64,000 nt of DNA, from contig CAWDTA010000002.1 in the NCBI GenBank assembly GCA_963805085.1, forward strand, positions 32,001-96,000, read 5' to 3'. This stretch comes from an uncultured Veillonellaceae bacterium. GTDB lineage: Bacteria > Bacillota > Negativicutes > JARBTT01. Shown here in pieces: positions 29,662 to 39,922 of this stretch; the stretch's first letter is position 1; each line of letters starts with the position of its first letter. Under the pieces are notes generated by a model. That model was not told where the DNA came from. It saw nothing but the letters and a program-made list of their open reading frames with translations, and made no database searches. Position numbers and translations under genes: made by a program.

Positions 29662-30501
29662 CTATATTTTCTCCTGATATATAAACGCCAATGTACCGGG
29701 TCCAGTATGGGCAGCAACTGCTGAACCTGCTACCGTTAAGGAAATCTTTGCCGTTGGATAAAGCTCTGCTACTTGCGCTTTAGTTTCTAAGCCCTCAGCT
29801 TCCGCTTCCACGTGGACAATCCCAATATATTCTAACTCACCACATTTGCCAAGCTCTTCAATCAGACGATTGATCGCCCGTTTGCGTGTTCTTACTTTAT
29901 CTAAAATCGTAATACGCCCTTCAGCTAAATAGAGGACTGGCTTAATTTGTAATATCGTTCCAAACAAAGCAGCTGCTCCGCCGATGCGCCCACCGCGATG
30001 TAAATATTCTAAAGAGTCTGGTAATAACAAAGTATGCGTAACTTTCACCTGTTTATGCAAAACTTCTAAAATTTGTTCAGCGCTTTTTCCTGCTTCAATC
30101 ATCTCTAAAGCCGACTCCGCCATCCGTACCAGCCCAATTGCCGATGTTTGTGCATCAATCACATGGATTTTTTTCTTATCTACCGTGACCGCTGCAGTTC
30201 GTGCCCCTTGCACCGTACCACTCAGAGCACCAGCAACAGCAATGACGATACAGGTATCACCCTGATCAACAATCGATTGAAACAGCTGAATGAATGCACC
30301 AATCGGTGGCTGAGAAGTCTGCTGCATTACGCCAGCTTTCTTCGTTTCTATAAATAAGTCATGGGCCGATAATTCATCTTCATCCCACTCTTGCTCGGCG
30401 ATTCTTACTTTTAAAGACACCTTATGTAAATTTTTATATTTTTGTAAAAACTCATCTTCTATATGAGCTGTACTATCTAAAACGATATGAATATTATTCA
30501 C
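29662..30501 (-). CDS. fakB: DegV-family fatty acid-binding protein
   Basis: DSTA, TSQP, LSGT, LEYLHRGGRIG, IKPVL, AHTGPG. Confidence 0.9.
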   Translation of the reverse strand: MNNIHIVLDSTAHIEDEFLQKYKNLHKVSLKVRIAEQEWDEDELSAHDLFIETKKAGVMQQTSQPPIGAFIQLFQSIVDQGDTCIVIAVAGALSGTVQGARTAAVTVDKKKIHVIDAQTSAIGLVRMAESALEMIEAGKSAEQILEVLHKQVKVTHTLLLPDSLEYLHRGGRIGGAAALFGTILQIKPVLYLAEGRITILDKVRTRKRAINRLIEELGKCGELEYIGIVHVEAEAEGLETKAQVAELYPTAKISLTVAGSAVAAHTGPGTLAFIYQEKI

Positions 30502-30709
30502 TATTTGCCTCCAAAAAAAACATTTCCATCTACATTGTACTAAATTTCAACAACTAAATACAGAAAAAACAAACATTGCTTAAATATATTCTCATATATT
30601 TATATAGAAATCAAAGGAATATTTACCTAAACTAGCGAAATAACAAGTACTTAGACAAAAATTTTCACCTGAAATAAATCAGCAATTCATATTTACAAGG
30701 AGATTTTTT

Positions 30710-32857
30710 ATGGAAAAGAAATTACTGTTTTCTTTAGATATTGGTACGAGAAGTGTAATCGGCATTGTTGCGGAGCAACTTGGCAACTCAATGAAAATTA
30801 TCGCTACGGAACGCAAAGAGCATAATACGCGTGCCATGCTTGATGGCCAAATACATGATGTTCCAGAAGTAGCGGCAGTCTTAGAAGAAGTCAAAGAAGA
30901 ACTAGAAAAAACAGTGGGCCCGTTAAAAAGCGCTGCTGTTGCTGCTGCTGGTCGAGCACTTTATACCATCAACACCGATGCCGAAATCGAAGTTTCAGAA
31001 ATTCTCACGATCGAGGATGAACATACCCTTGATTATGCTGCCATTCAATCCGCCCAACAAAAATTAGCAACTTCCAGCACCGTTGATGATCCAACGATGT
31101 ACTATTGTGTTGGATATAGTACGGTAAGTTATAAACTCGATGGTGTACAGTTAAAAACCTTGGTTGGGCAACGCGGTAAACTTGCCCACGCCGAGGTGAT
31201 TGCCACCTTCTTGCCTCGCCAAGTTATTGATTCGATGCAATCAGCATTACACGAGGCAAAGCTTGATATGAGTTCCTTGACATTAGAACCAATTGCCGCA
31301 ATTACCGTCCTCATTCCGCCAACTATGCGCCATTTAAACCTCGTTTTAGTTGATATCGGCGCTGGTACTTCCGATGTCGCGATTACGAAAAACGGCTCCG
31401 TCATCGCGTACGGGATGGTTCCTTTGGCTGGCGATGAAATCACTGAAGCGCTTTCCCAGCGGTATTTACTTGATTTTAATGTTGCTGAACAAATTAAACG
31501 TGAATTAAATGATCTCGGACAAACTACGAAAGATAGAAAAATTACCTTTCAGGATATCTTAGGCATTGACTATAGTTTATCGCCACAAGAAATCATCAGC
31601 GAAATTTCTTCTAATATCGCTGAACTCGCCCAAGCAATTGCCACACAAATTATCACGCTCAATAGCGTTGCTCCTCAAGCAGTACTACTCGTTGGCGGTG
31701 GTTCTCTAACGCCAATGCTACCGGAAGCGATCGCGCAAGCACTTGATATTCCCGCACCACGAGTTGCCGTTCGTACCCCTGAAACCATCAGCGGAATTAC
31801 CGATATTCCTGACATTTTAAAACGACCAGATGCCGTAACCCCTCTCGGTATCTTAAAAATAGCTTCATCACAAACTTTAAACTTTATTTCCGTTTTTGTG
31901 AACAAAAATGAATTACATCTATTTAACATCAGTAAGCTGACCGTATCGGATGCACTACTTGCCGCTGGCATTGGACTAAAACAGCTCGGGGGCAAACCGG
32001 GTCTTGGTCTCACTGTAAAAATCAATGATCATACGAAATTCTTTGCTGGCACGATGGGTAAGCCAGCAACTTTTACACTCAATGATGAGCCAACGACGCT
32101 TACCTCGCCCCTAAAGAATGGCGATAGAATCTGTGCGATCAGCGGTATTAATGGTTCTGTGCCCCATGTAAAATTGCAGGATGTGGTCAATGTACCACCA
32201 CCATTTAAAATCATTGTAAATGATGAAGATTTCACAATTAAGACCAAAGTATTGGTAAATAGCAAAGAAGTACCACTTGATTATCAATTAAGGGATCGCG
32301 ATGAAGTGACCTATCAACAGGTGAAAAAATTAGGCGAAGTTCTCGTAAATATTGGTTATAAACCAACACCACGCCACTTCCATTACAAACTAAATGGTGA
32401 AAACACACAGTATAGCGCTTCTCCTACAATTACAGTGAACGAAGAGGAGGCTACGCTTTCAACCTTGATTAATCCCGATGACAGGATCACCTGTATCGAA
32501 CCCAAGACCCCAATCCTCGGTAAAATTGTTGATATGGGGAAAATTGATAGTCATATTACGATTAATTTTAACAAAGCAGCCTGTAAAATCCCCACCGCTA
32601 ATTGTGCACTAGCTGTCGATGGCATCCCTGCCACATTAAATACGAGCGTAAAAGATGGCAGCTATATCACCTATTCTGTCTCAGAAAAAACAATAACCAT
32701 GATTAGTGATGTACTCCTAGGTGCAAAATTTCAGCCACCAAGTGCTTTATCGCATGCCAAAGTAGAAATCCTCTTAAACGGACAACCTGCGGAATATACA
32801 GCCCTCGTCAAAAATGGGGACTCCGTTGATGTCATTATCACTACATTGGAACGATAA
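30710..32857 (+). CDS. FtsA/PilM-like actin-fold ATPase with C-terminal ubiquitin-like (ThiS/MoaD-type) repeats
   Basis: LDIGTRSV, LEPIAA, DIGAGTSD, AGDEIT, LVGGGS; C-terminal repeats such as LNDEPTTLTSPLKNGDRI and LNGQPAEYTALVKNGDSV. Confidence 0.75.
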   Translation: MEKKLLFSLDIGTRSVIGIVAEQLGNSMKIIATERKEHNTRAMLDGQIHDVPEVAAVLEEVKEELEKTVGPLKSAAVAAAGRALYTINTDAEIEVSEILTIEDEHTLDYAAIQSAQQKLATSSTVDDPTMYYCVGYSTVSYKLDGVQLKTLVGQRGKLAHAEVIATFLPRQVIDSMQSALHEAKLDMSSLTLEPIAAITVLIPPTMRHLNLVLVDIGAGTSDVAITKNGSVIAYGMVPLAGDEITEALSQRYLLDFNVAEQIKRELNDLGQTTKDRKITFQDILGIDYSLSPQEIISEISSNIAELAQAIATQIITLNSVAPQAVLLVGGGSLTPMLPEAIAQALDIPAPRVAVRTPETISGITDIPDILKRPDAVTPLGILKIASSQTLNFISVFVNKNELHLFNISKLTVSDALLAAGIGLKQLGGKPGLGLTVKINDHTKFFAGTMGKPATFTLNDEPTTLTSPLKNGDRICAISGINGSVPHVKLQDVVNVPPPFKIIVNDEDFTIKTKVLVNSKEVPLDYQLRDRDEVTYQQVKKLGEVLVNIGYKPTPRHFHYKLNGENTQYSASPTITVNEEEATLSTLINPDDRITCIEPKTPILGKIVDMGKIDSHITINFNKAACKIPTANCALAVDGIPATLNTSVKDGSYITYSVSEKTITMISDVLLGAKFQPPSALSHAKVEILLNGQPAEYTALVKNGDSVDVIITTLER

Positions 32858-32951
32858 TATAAAAATAGTTTTTCAAGTATGACGCACTTCCTGTTGGCAT
32901 ATATATGATTAGTAGCGTATTCAGATGCATAATACAGGGGGTGAATACTTT

Positions 32952-33374
32952 TTGGCTGAAACGACAATAAAGACGAATACAACAGAGTGTTCTACAGATA
33001 TTACAACCGTCGTTACCGAAGTAGATACAGTAACAGATGCTACTACTACCACTACTACCAATAATCGAAATACTACTACCTGTGAAACAATTGAGGCAGC
33101 AGATGATGAATCAGAAGGCTGTAATCAATGTGGTCATTTTGACCTAAGAAAACTAGCTGAAGAAAGTCATTGTGCTGCTTTCCGTTCTTCTAACATAGCT
33201 GCTGCAACTAATAATTCTGTTATTATTTTTACTATGCGCGTCTTGCAAGAACTAATCATCAAGGAATGTAGAAAAGGCACACTTGACGTAAATACCATTA
33301 CTTCAATTGCTACCTCTATGGGCGATGTTAGTCTTGGTATCAAAGTATATAATAATCAACCATTTGACAGTTAG
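32952..33374 (+). CDS. Thr-rich, Cys-containing hypothetical protein (possibly sporulation-related)
   Basis: TTG start after a GGGGGTG RBS; poly-Thr N-terminus, CxxC; CATATATG upstream. Confidence 0.55.
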   Translation: MAETTIKTNTTECSTDITTVVTEVDTVTDATTTTTTNNRNTTTCETIEAADDESEGCNQCGHFDLRKLAEESHCAAFRSSNIAAATNNSVIIFTMRVLQELIIKECRKGTLDVNTITSIATSMGDVSLGIKVYNNQPFDS

Positions 33375-33381
33375 TTAGCTT

Positions 33382-33480
33382 AAAATAGTAAAAGGACGTT
33401 CGCAAATGAGCTGCCCCCCATAGTTAGACCTAAATCTAATTTATGGGGGGCACCTCAAACGAACGTCCTTTTACTATTTT
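33382..33480. terminator. Bidirectional terminator interrupted by a mini-IS
   Basis: Perfect arms aaaatagtaaaaggacgttcg / cgaacgtccttttactatttt between convergent genes. Confidence 0.8.
33407..33457. mobile_element. 51-bp IS3-type mini-element (two terminal IRs only)
   Basis: TGAGCTGCCCCCCATAGTTAGA-cctaaa-TCTAATTTATGGGGGGCACCTCA; TG...CA ends. Confidence 0.65.
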
Positions 33481-33498
33481 ATTTTTTCTTTTGACTAT

Positions 33499-34830
33499 TT
33501 ATTTACTGTTCATATACTTAGCAACTTTTGCAAAGGCAACGGCGCTTGCTGCAATTGTTTTATCAATATCTTCGTCCGTATGCGCACCAGACATGAATGC
33601 TGTTTCAAACTGTGAAGGTGCAAGATAGATGCCTTGTTCTAACATAGACTTAAAGTAAATTTTAAAGGCTGTTAAATCAGATTGTTTGGCAGTTTCATAA
33701 TCGTACACTGCTTTGTCCGTAAAGAACAACCCAAACATCGAACCAGCTTGATGGAATTGTAAGTTAAGACCAGCTTTTTTCGCTTCAGCTTCCATTCCCA
33801 TATTTAATTTTTTCGTGTTTAAGGTAAGAACACGGCTATAATCAGGCTGACCTGGTTCTGGCATTTTGTTGATAATATTTAATGTTGCAATCCCCGCTGT
33901 CATCGCCAATGGATTCCCGCTTAATGTACCTGCCTGATACACTGGACCGGCTGGGGAAATTTGTTCCATGATATCGCGTCTGCCACCATAGGCACCAACT
34001 GGCAAACCACCACCGATGATTTTACCAAGACAAGTCAAGTCCGGTTTGATGCCATACGCTGCTTGGGCACCACCCAATGAAGTACGGAAACCACACATCA
34101 CTTCATCAAAAATAAGTAATACACCATGTGCCTCCGTTATTTTTCTAAGTTCACGTAAGTAACCTTGCTTTGGTAATACTAAGCCCATGTTGCCAGCAAC
34201 CGGCTCAATGATCACAGCGGCAATTTCTTTGCCTGACTCTGCGAGCACACTGCGGATCGCTTCGATATCATTATACGGCACCGTAATCGTATTTTTGGCA
34301 ACGCCAACTGGAACACCAGGGCTATCTGGCACACCAAACGTAGCCAAACCAGAGCCAGCTTTAACTAACAAACTGTCATGATGTCCATGATAGCAGCCTT
34401 CAAATTTCACGATTTTTTCGCGACCAGTATAACCACGCGCCAAACGAAGCGCACTCATGGTCGCTTCTGTACCAGAGTTAACCATACGGATTAATTCCAT
34501 CGATGGCATGATTTCCTGCACCAATTTTGCAAGCTCTGTTTCTAGTACCGTTGGTGCACCATAACTCGTACCAAGCTCGGCCGCCGCTTTGATCGCCTCA
34601 ATTACTTCATCGTGAGCATGACCGACGATCATTGGGCCCCACGAACCTACATAATCAATGTATTCGTTACCATCGATATCATAAATCTTACTTCCCTTTG
34701 CTTTCGCAATAAACGGCGGATTAGAATCTACACTTTTAAAAGAACGAACTGGACTATTTACGCCACCAGGAATATATTGTTTTGCTTCAGCAAACGCTGC
34801 CGCTGATTTTTCTAAATTAAGTTCCATCAT
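33499..34830 (-). CDS. hemL: Glutamate-1-semialdehyde 2,1-aminomutase
   Basis: [45 protein letters not shown]. Confidence 0.95.
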   Translation of the reverse strand: MMELNLEKSAAAFAEAKQYIPGGVNSPVRSFKSVDSNPPFIAKAKGSKIYDIDGNEYIDYVGSWGPMIVGHAHDEVIEAIKAAAELGTSYGAPTVLETELAKLVQEIMPSMELIRMVNSGTEATMSALRLARGYTGREKIVKFEGCYHGHHDSLLVKAGSGLATFGVPDSPGVPVGVAKNTITVPYNDIEAIRSVLAESGKEIAAVIIEPVAGNMGLVLPKQGYLRELRKITEAHGVLLIFDEVMCGFRTSLGGAQAAYGIKPDLTCLGKIIGGGLPVGAYGGRRDIMEQISPAGPVYQAGTLSGNPLAMTAGIATLNIINKMPEPGQPDYSRVLTLNTKKLNMGMEAEAKKAGLNLQFHQAGSMFGLFFTDKAVYDYETAKQSDLTAFKIYFKSMLEQGIYLAPSQFETAFMSGAHTDEDIDKTIAASAVAFAKVAKYMNSK

Positions 34831-34853
34831 TTCAGCCTCCTAAAGTAGGTCAA

Positions 34854-35834
34854 TTATTTTTCTGCTAACCACCGAGCTGCATCTAAGGCGTGGTATGTAA
34901 TAATGATATCTGCACCAGCGCGTTTCATGCTGGTTAACGTTTCGAGCACAATACGTTTTTCATCAATCCAGCCATTTGCCGCTGCTGCTTTTACCATTGC
35001 ATATTCTCCACTTACATTATAGACTGCGATTGGTAAATGCGTCATATTGCGCACTTGATGGACGATATCAAGATAAGAAAGCGCCGGTTTTACCATAATA
35101 ATATCGGCACCTTCAGCGATATCAAGTGCAACTTCTTTCAGCGCCTCGCGCGCATTGGCTGGATCCATTTGATAGGAACGGCGATCACCAAATTGTGGCG
35201 TAGAATGCGCCGCATCTCTAAATGGGCCATAATAAGCCGAAGCATATTTTACCGCATACGACATGATTGATACATTACTAAACCCGGCGTCATCTAGCGC
35301 TTCACGAATTGCCGCTACGCGACCATCCATCATATCCGATGGTGCAATCATGTCCGCCCCAGCCTCTGCTTGGCTGACTGCGACCTTGGCTAATAGTTTT
35401 AAAGTTGCATCATTTTCTACATACTGATCTTTTAATTGACCACAGTGCCCATGCGTCGTATATTGGCAAAGACAAACATCACCAACAATCACAAGGTCAG
35501 GAAGTTCTGCTTTTATGGCCTGCATCGCTCGTTGCACAGGACTGTTCATATCCCAGGCACTAGAACCGATTTCATCTTTATATTCAGGTAAACCAAAGAC
35601 TTCAACCGCTGGAATACCAAGTTCATAGGCTTCCTTTGCTACTTTTACTGCTTCATCTACGGATAAATGATAACAGCCTGGCAAACTAGAAATTTCTTCT
35701 TTGACCTTTTCACCAGCCACCACAAAGATTGGATACACAAAGTCCTTTGCTGAAATGATCGTTTCACAAACTAAACTACGCACGCCCTCAGAAATACGCA
35801 TACGACGTGGTCTTAATTTTTGCTGATACATCAA
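34854..35834 (-). CDS. hemB: Porphobilinogen synthase
   Basis: [43 protein letters not shown]. Confidence 0.95.
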   Translation of the reverse strand: MMYQQKLRPRRMRISEGVRSLVCETIISAKDFVYPIFVVAGEKVKEEISSLPGCYHLSVDEAVKVAKEAYELGIPAVEVFGLPEYKDEIGSSAWDMNSPVQRAMQAIKAELPDLVIVGDVCLCQYTTHGHCGQLKDQYVENDATLKLLAKVAVSQAEAGADMIAPSDMMDGRVAAIREALDDAGFSNVSIMSYAVKYASAYYGPFRDAAHSTPQFGDRRSYQMDPANAREALKEVALDIAEGADIIMVKPALSYLDIVHQVRNMTHLPIAVYNVSGEYAMVKAAAANGWIDEKRIVLETLTSMKRAGADIIITYHALDAARWLAEK

Positions 35835-35925
35835 AAATCACCTCTATATTATTTTACTATAAAAAAAGCACTAAAGATCTATACATAATGGAAATCATCA
35901 GAAAGGAGGATAACTTATCCCCCTC

Positions 35926-36155
35926 AGGCTGTCAACAAAATAAAATATTTGTGTCGATGATTTAGAAAACATCAAAATCCGCTCCACTTATAAACTAGTA
36001 CAAAGATAGGCTGCCGGTTGGTGAGAAGTGCTCAGATGCTAGGAACAGTAAGGAGTTGTGAAGGAGTCGTACTTTCGTACGTCGACGAGCAGCACCTTGT
36101 CGGAGGGCGCAGATGAGTGCTTATCGCCGACCCGCGGCCTGTCTGTCCATAGTTT
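35926..36155 (+). repeat. Dispersed structured repeat family B, copy 2, overlapping the 3' end of cobA/hemD
   Basis: Inverted homolog of 27737-27966; long internal hairpin capped by cgtac-tttc-gtacg. Confidence 0.9.
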
Positions 36156-37650
36156 GTATTGCTTCTACTAGACCTGTAATGGTATAATCTTCGGCAATAA
36201 CCGTTGGTTCAATGCCATGATCAAAACAAGTTTTTGCCGTAATTGGGCCGATGCAAGCTGTTTTTGTTTTACCAATTAAATTTTTCCCATTTTCGCCCAA
36301 CACGCTAAGTAAATTGGTTACGGTCGAAGAACTGGTGAACGTTACTAAGTCAATTTCGTTGTCTTGTAATTTTTTGATTAACGACTCACTGTCTACCTCG
36401 CCAATCACCGTCTGATAAACTGGAGCAACATCAACGATCGCACCCATTTCACGAAGTTTTTCCGGTAATAGTTCACGTGCTTCTTTCGCACGAGGAATTA
36501 AAATTTTCATGCCTTTGTTTATTCTATCTTGTAAGATCTCAATGATACCTTCAGCTCTAAATTCCGCTGGAATCACATCGGCTTTGATGCCATAACCCCG
36601 CAAATGATTTGCAGTTGATACGCCAATTGCCGCAATCTTTGCATTGGAAAGCGCACGGCTATCCAGACCTTTTTCATCCAAACGAGCAAAGAAATGATCA
36701 ACGCCATTTGCGCTCGTAAAAATAAGCCAATGATAACTTGCAATCTTAGCGATTGCGCTGTCGATTGCTTCATAACTATCCGGCAGGGCAATTTTAATCG
36801 CTGGTGCTTCAATACAGCTGGCACCAAGTGCTTCTAATTTATTGGTAAGAACACTCGCTTGTTCTCTGGCCCGCGTAACAAGAATGTTTTTACCAAATAG
36901 CGGACGATTGTCAAACCAAGCTAATTTTTCCCGTAAGTTAACAACATCACCAACAATGAAAATCGCTGGTGGTTTCAAGCCTTGCTTTGCTACATCTTCA
37001 GCTGCACTTCCTACTGTTGTTACTAATACTTGTTGTTCAGGCTTCGTGCCCCAGCGAATAACCGCTGCTGGTGTTTCTGCTGGACGGCCATTTTTTATTA
37101 ATTGCGAGGTAATATGCGGTAAATTTTCTACGCCCATTAAAAACACAAGCGTATCAACCCCTGTTGAAAGTTTATCCCAACGCATGTTGGATTTTCCTTT
37201 CGTCGGATCTTCATGACCAGTGATCACAGCAAAAGAAGTGGCCACTGCCCGATGCGTTACAGGAATACCAGCATAGGCAGGCACAGAAATCGCAGAAGTG
37301 ATTCCTGGCACGATTTCAAAAGGCAAATTGTTTTCTACTAAAAGTAGCGCTTCTTCCCCACCACGACCAAATACAAACGGATCGCCGCCTTTTAAACGCA
37401 CTACTATTTTTCCTTCTTTGGCTTTATCTACTAACAATTGATTGATATCTTCTTGACGCATTGTGTGCTGACTAGAAGCTTTGCCTACATAGATCAGCTC
37501 TACATCTTTACGTGCATTTCGAAGCAATCGATCATCTGCTAAACGATCATACACGATCGTATCAGCAATTTGAATATACTCCCATGCTTTCACACTAATT
37601 AACTTGTAGTCGCCAGGGCCTGCGCCCACTAAATATACCATACCTGCCAT
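36121..37650 (-). CDS. cobA: Uroporphyrinogen-III C-methyltransferase / uroporphyrinogen-III synthase fusion (CobA-HemD)
   Basis: LVGAGPGD, RLKGGDPFVFGRGGEE, PGITSA; HemD half LVTRA, FTSANGV, FTSSSTV, IGPIT. Confidence 0.93.
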   Translation of the reverse strand: MAGMVYLVGAGPGDYKLISVKAWEYIQIADTIVYDRLADDRLLRNARKDVELIYVGKASSQHTMRQEDINQLLVDKAKEGKIVVRLKGGDPFVFGRGGEEALLLVENNLPFEIVPGITSAISVPAYAGIPVTHRAVATSFAVITGHEDPTKGKSNMRWDKLSTGVDTLVFLMGVENLPHITSQLIKNGRPAETPAAVIRWGTKPEQQVLVTTVGSAAEDVAKQGLKPPAIFIVGDVVNLREKLAWFDNRPLFGKNILVTRAREQASVLTNKLEALGASCIEAPAIKIALPDSYEAIDSAIAKIASYHWLIFTSANGVDHFFARLDEKGLDSRALSNAKIAAIGVSTANHLRGYGIKADVIPAEFRAEGIIEILQDRINKGMKILIPRAKEARELLPEKLREMGAIVDVAPVYQTVIGEVDSESLIKKLQDNEIDLVTFTSSSTVTNLLSVLGENGKNLIGKTKTACIGPITAKTCFDHGIEPTVIAEDYTITGLVEAIQTMDRQAAGRR

Positions 37651-37710
37651 AAAATTTCCTCCTACAAAAAAGTCAGGTGAACAGCTTATCTCACCTGACC
37701 CATATATTAT

Positions 37711-38643
37711 TTATTCAGTCATACAACCTAGATCTACCATGATTTTGCGTCCACCTGCGGCAAGCATGCGGCTGGCCAATTGTTCACCAAGCGAAGTTGC
37801 TTCATTACAGCTACCAACGACGCAATCCTTAATCACCGTTTGACCATCAATGGTAGCAATAATTGCCTCCACCGTCAAAGTCTCACCTTCTAGAGTACCA
37901 AACACCCCAACTGGTACTTGACAACCACCTTCGACTGTTTTTAAGAAAGCACGCTCTGCAGTTACAGCATAACGCGTTGCTGGATCATTTAAAAATGACA
38001 ATAGCGTTAACACTTCTGGATCATTTTCTCTCGCCTCAATGGCAAGTGCCCCTTGTCCCACAGCCGGTAAACAGACTTCTTTCGGTAATATTTCCGTAAT
38101 ATGTTCTTCCCAGCCAAGTCGTTTGAGTCCAGCCGCAGCTAACACAATTGCATCCAAGCTGTTAGTTTCTAGCTTTTTCAATCTCGTATCCACGTTACCG
38201 CGCAAATCACGAATGCTCAAATCAGGTCGCGCACTCAGTAATTGCGCTTTTCTTCTCAAACTAGAAGTACCAACTTTAGCCCCTTGTGGTAAATTTTTTA
38301 ACGTCTTATACTTCGGACTAATAATCGCATCGCCTGGATCGACACGTTTGGTAATCGCTGCCAGTGTTAACCCTACTGGCAACTCCGTTGGCATATCCTT
38401 TAAGCTATGCACTGCTAGATCAATGGAACCTTCTAGCATTTCCGTTTCTAATTCTTTTGTAAATAGACCTTTGCCACCGATCTTCGCTAGTGGCACATCC
38501 AGAATCTTATCCCCAGTTGTTGTGATATATTTTATTATAACTTCTAAATTTTTATATTCTTTGCGTAAACAATCCGCAATATGATTGGCTTGCCATAGCG
38601 CTAGCTTACTTCCGCGCGTACCGATAACTATTTTTTCTCTCAC
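37711..38643 (-). CDS. hemC: Hydroxymethylbilane synthase
   Basis: GTRGSKLALWQA, GGKGLFTKELE, AVHSLKD, GTSSLRR, LRGNVDTRL, GGCQVP. Confidence 0.95.
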   Translation of the reverse strand: MREKIVIGTRGSKLALWQANHIADCLRKEYKNLEVIIKYITTTGDKILDVPLAKIGGKGLFTKELETEMLEGSIDLAVHSLKDMPTELPVGLTLAAITKRVDPGDAIISPKYKTLKNLPQGAKVGTSSLRRKAQLLSARPDLSIRDLRGNVDTRLKKLETNSLDAIVLAAAGLKRLGWEEHITEILPKEVCLPAVGQGALAIEARENDPEVLTLLSFLNDPATRYAVTAERAFLKTVEGGCQVPVGVFGTLEGETLTVEAIIATIDGQTVIKDCVVGSCNEATSLGEQLASRMLAAGGRKIMVDLGCMTE

Positions 38644-39922
38644 TTTTTCTGTTCTCCCCTATTGTATCAAGTTTGAAAAGATCTCGCATCGCATCGATAT
38701 AATACTGTTCATTTCCAGTACCAGCCGCGCTATTGATTTTTACCATTGGCTCCCTAAGCATTTTGCGAATAATCATATGCGACATCTGTTCCATCACTTT
38801 ACGTTCTTCTGGCGTAATATCCGGCAATTTCGCCATTGCCCGTTTCACTTCACGTTGTCTCATCCGCTCCGCTTTATCCGTTAATAGTGCCATTACCGGA
38901 CGGAAAGATAAGTAACGAAATTTATTTACGAGCTCTTCCACTTCTTCCTCTACTATTTTTTCAGCAAGTTCAGCCTCTTGCTCACGAACTTTAATATTTG
39001 AATCAACGACTGCTTCTAAGTCATCAATATTATATAAACTAACGCCTTTAATATCAGCTACTTCTGGCTCAACGTCACGTGGTACGGCGATATCGATGAA
39101 AATAATCGGCTTGCCTTTGCGTTTTGTCATCAGATGCTGCGTATCCCAAGCTTTTACGATATAATGTGGCGCCCCCGTTGAAGTAATCACGATATCCGTA
39201 TTGACCGCACATTGCATTGCATGTTCATTCTTTATCGCTTCGCCATGAAATTTCGCTGCTAAATCTACAGCACGGTCATAGCTACGATTGGATACAAATA
39301 CAGTTTCTACACCATTATCAATCAAATGTCGGGCGGTAAGCTCACCCATTTGCCCTGCCCCCAGTAATAGCACCTTTGAATTTGATAAATCACCAAACAA
39401 GTTCTTTGCCAACTCTACTGCCGCGTAACTAACAGATACTGCACTATAGGCAATTCTCGTTTCTGTACGAACTCTTTTCCCTACTGAAATTGCTCGATGG
39501 AATAATGTATTTAATACGGTACTGGTCGTCCCAGCTTCTTTTGCGATCCAATACCCTTTTTTTACTTGGCTGAGAATCTGGCCTTCACCAATCACCAAAG
39601 AATCTAAACTAGCAGCCACGCGAAATAAATGTTCGATGCATTCTTCATCATAATAATGAAATAAATACGGATCTACATCATCATCGTTACTCGCTAGATC
39701 ATATAGAAATCTCTTTAATACCGATAAAGATTCCTCTGCATCCTCAACAACAACATACAGTTCGCTCCGATTACAAGTCGAGAGAATCACGGCTTCATTA
39801 ATTTCTTCATACTCATCTATATGTCTAAGTCCAGCTTTCACTTTATCCGCCGATAAAGAAAAGCATTCCCGCACTTCTACTGGTGCAGTCTTATGATTTA
39901 GTCCCACAACTACTAATTGCAT
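38606..39922 (-). CDS. hemA: Glutamyl-tRNA reductase
   Basis: GLNHKTAPVEVRE, LSTCNR.E, LDSLVIGEGQILSQVK, GAGQMG, DIAVPRDV. Confidence 0.95.
   Translation of the reverse strand: MQLVVVGLNHKTAPVEVRECFSLSADKVKAGLRHIDEYEEINEAVILSTCNRSELYVVVEDAEESLSVLKRFLYDLASNDDDVDPYLFHYYDEECIEHLFRVAASLDSLVIGEGQILSQVKKGYWIAKEAGTTSTVLNTLFHRAISVGKRVRTETRIAYSAVSVSYAAVELAKNLFGDLSNSKVLLLGAGQMGELTARHLIDNGVETVFVSNRSYDRAVDLAAKFHGEAIKNEHAMQCAVNTDIVITSTGAPHYIVKAWDTQHLMTKRKGKPIIFIDIAVPRDVEPEVADIKGVSLYNIDDLEAVVDSNIKVREQEAELAEKIVEEEVEELVNKFRYLSFRPVMALLTDKAERMRQREVKRAMAKLPDITPEERKVMEQMSHMIIRKMLREPMVKINSAAGTGNEQYYIDAMRDLFKLDTIGENRKSERKNSYRYARK

Noticed and set aside
33443-33628. 61-aa plus-strand ORF
   Set aside because: Starts in the mini-IS/terminator and is antisense to hemL
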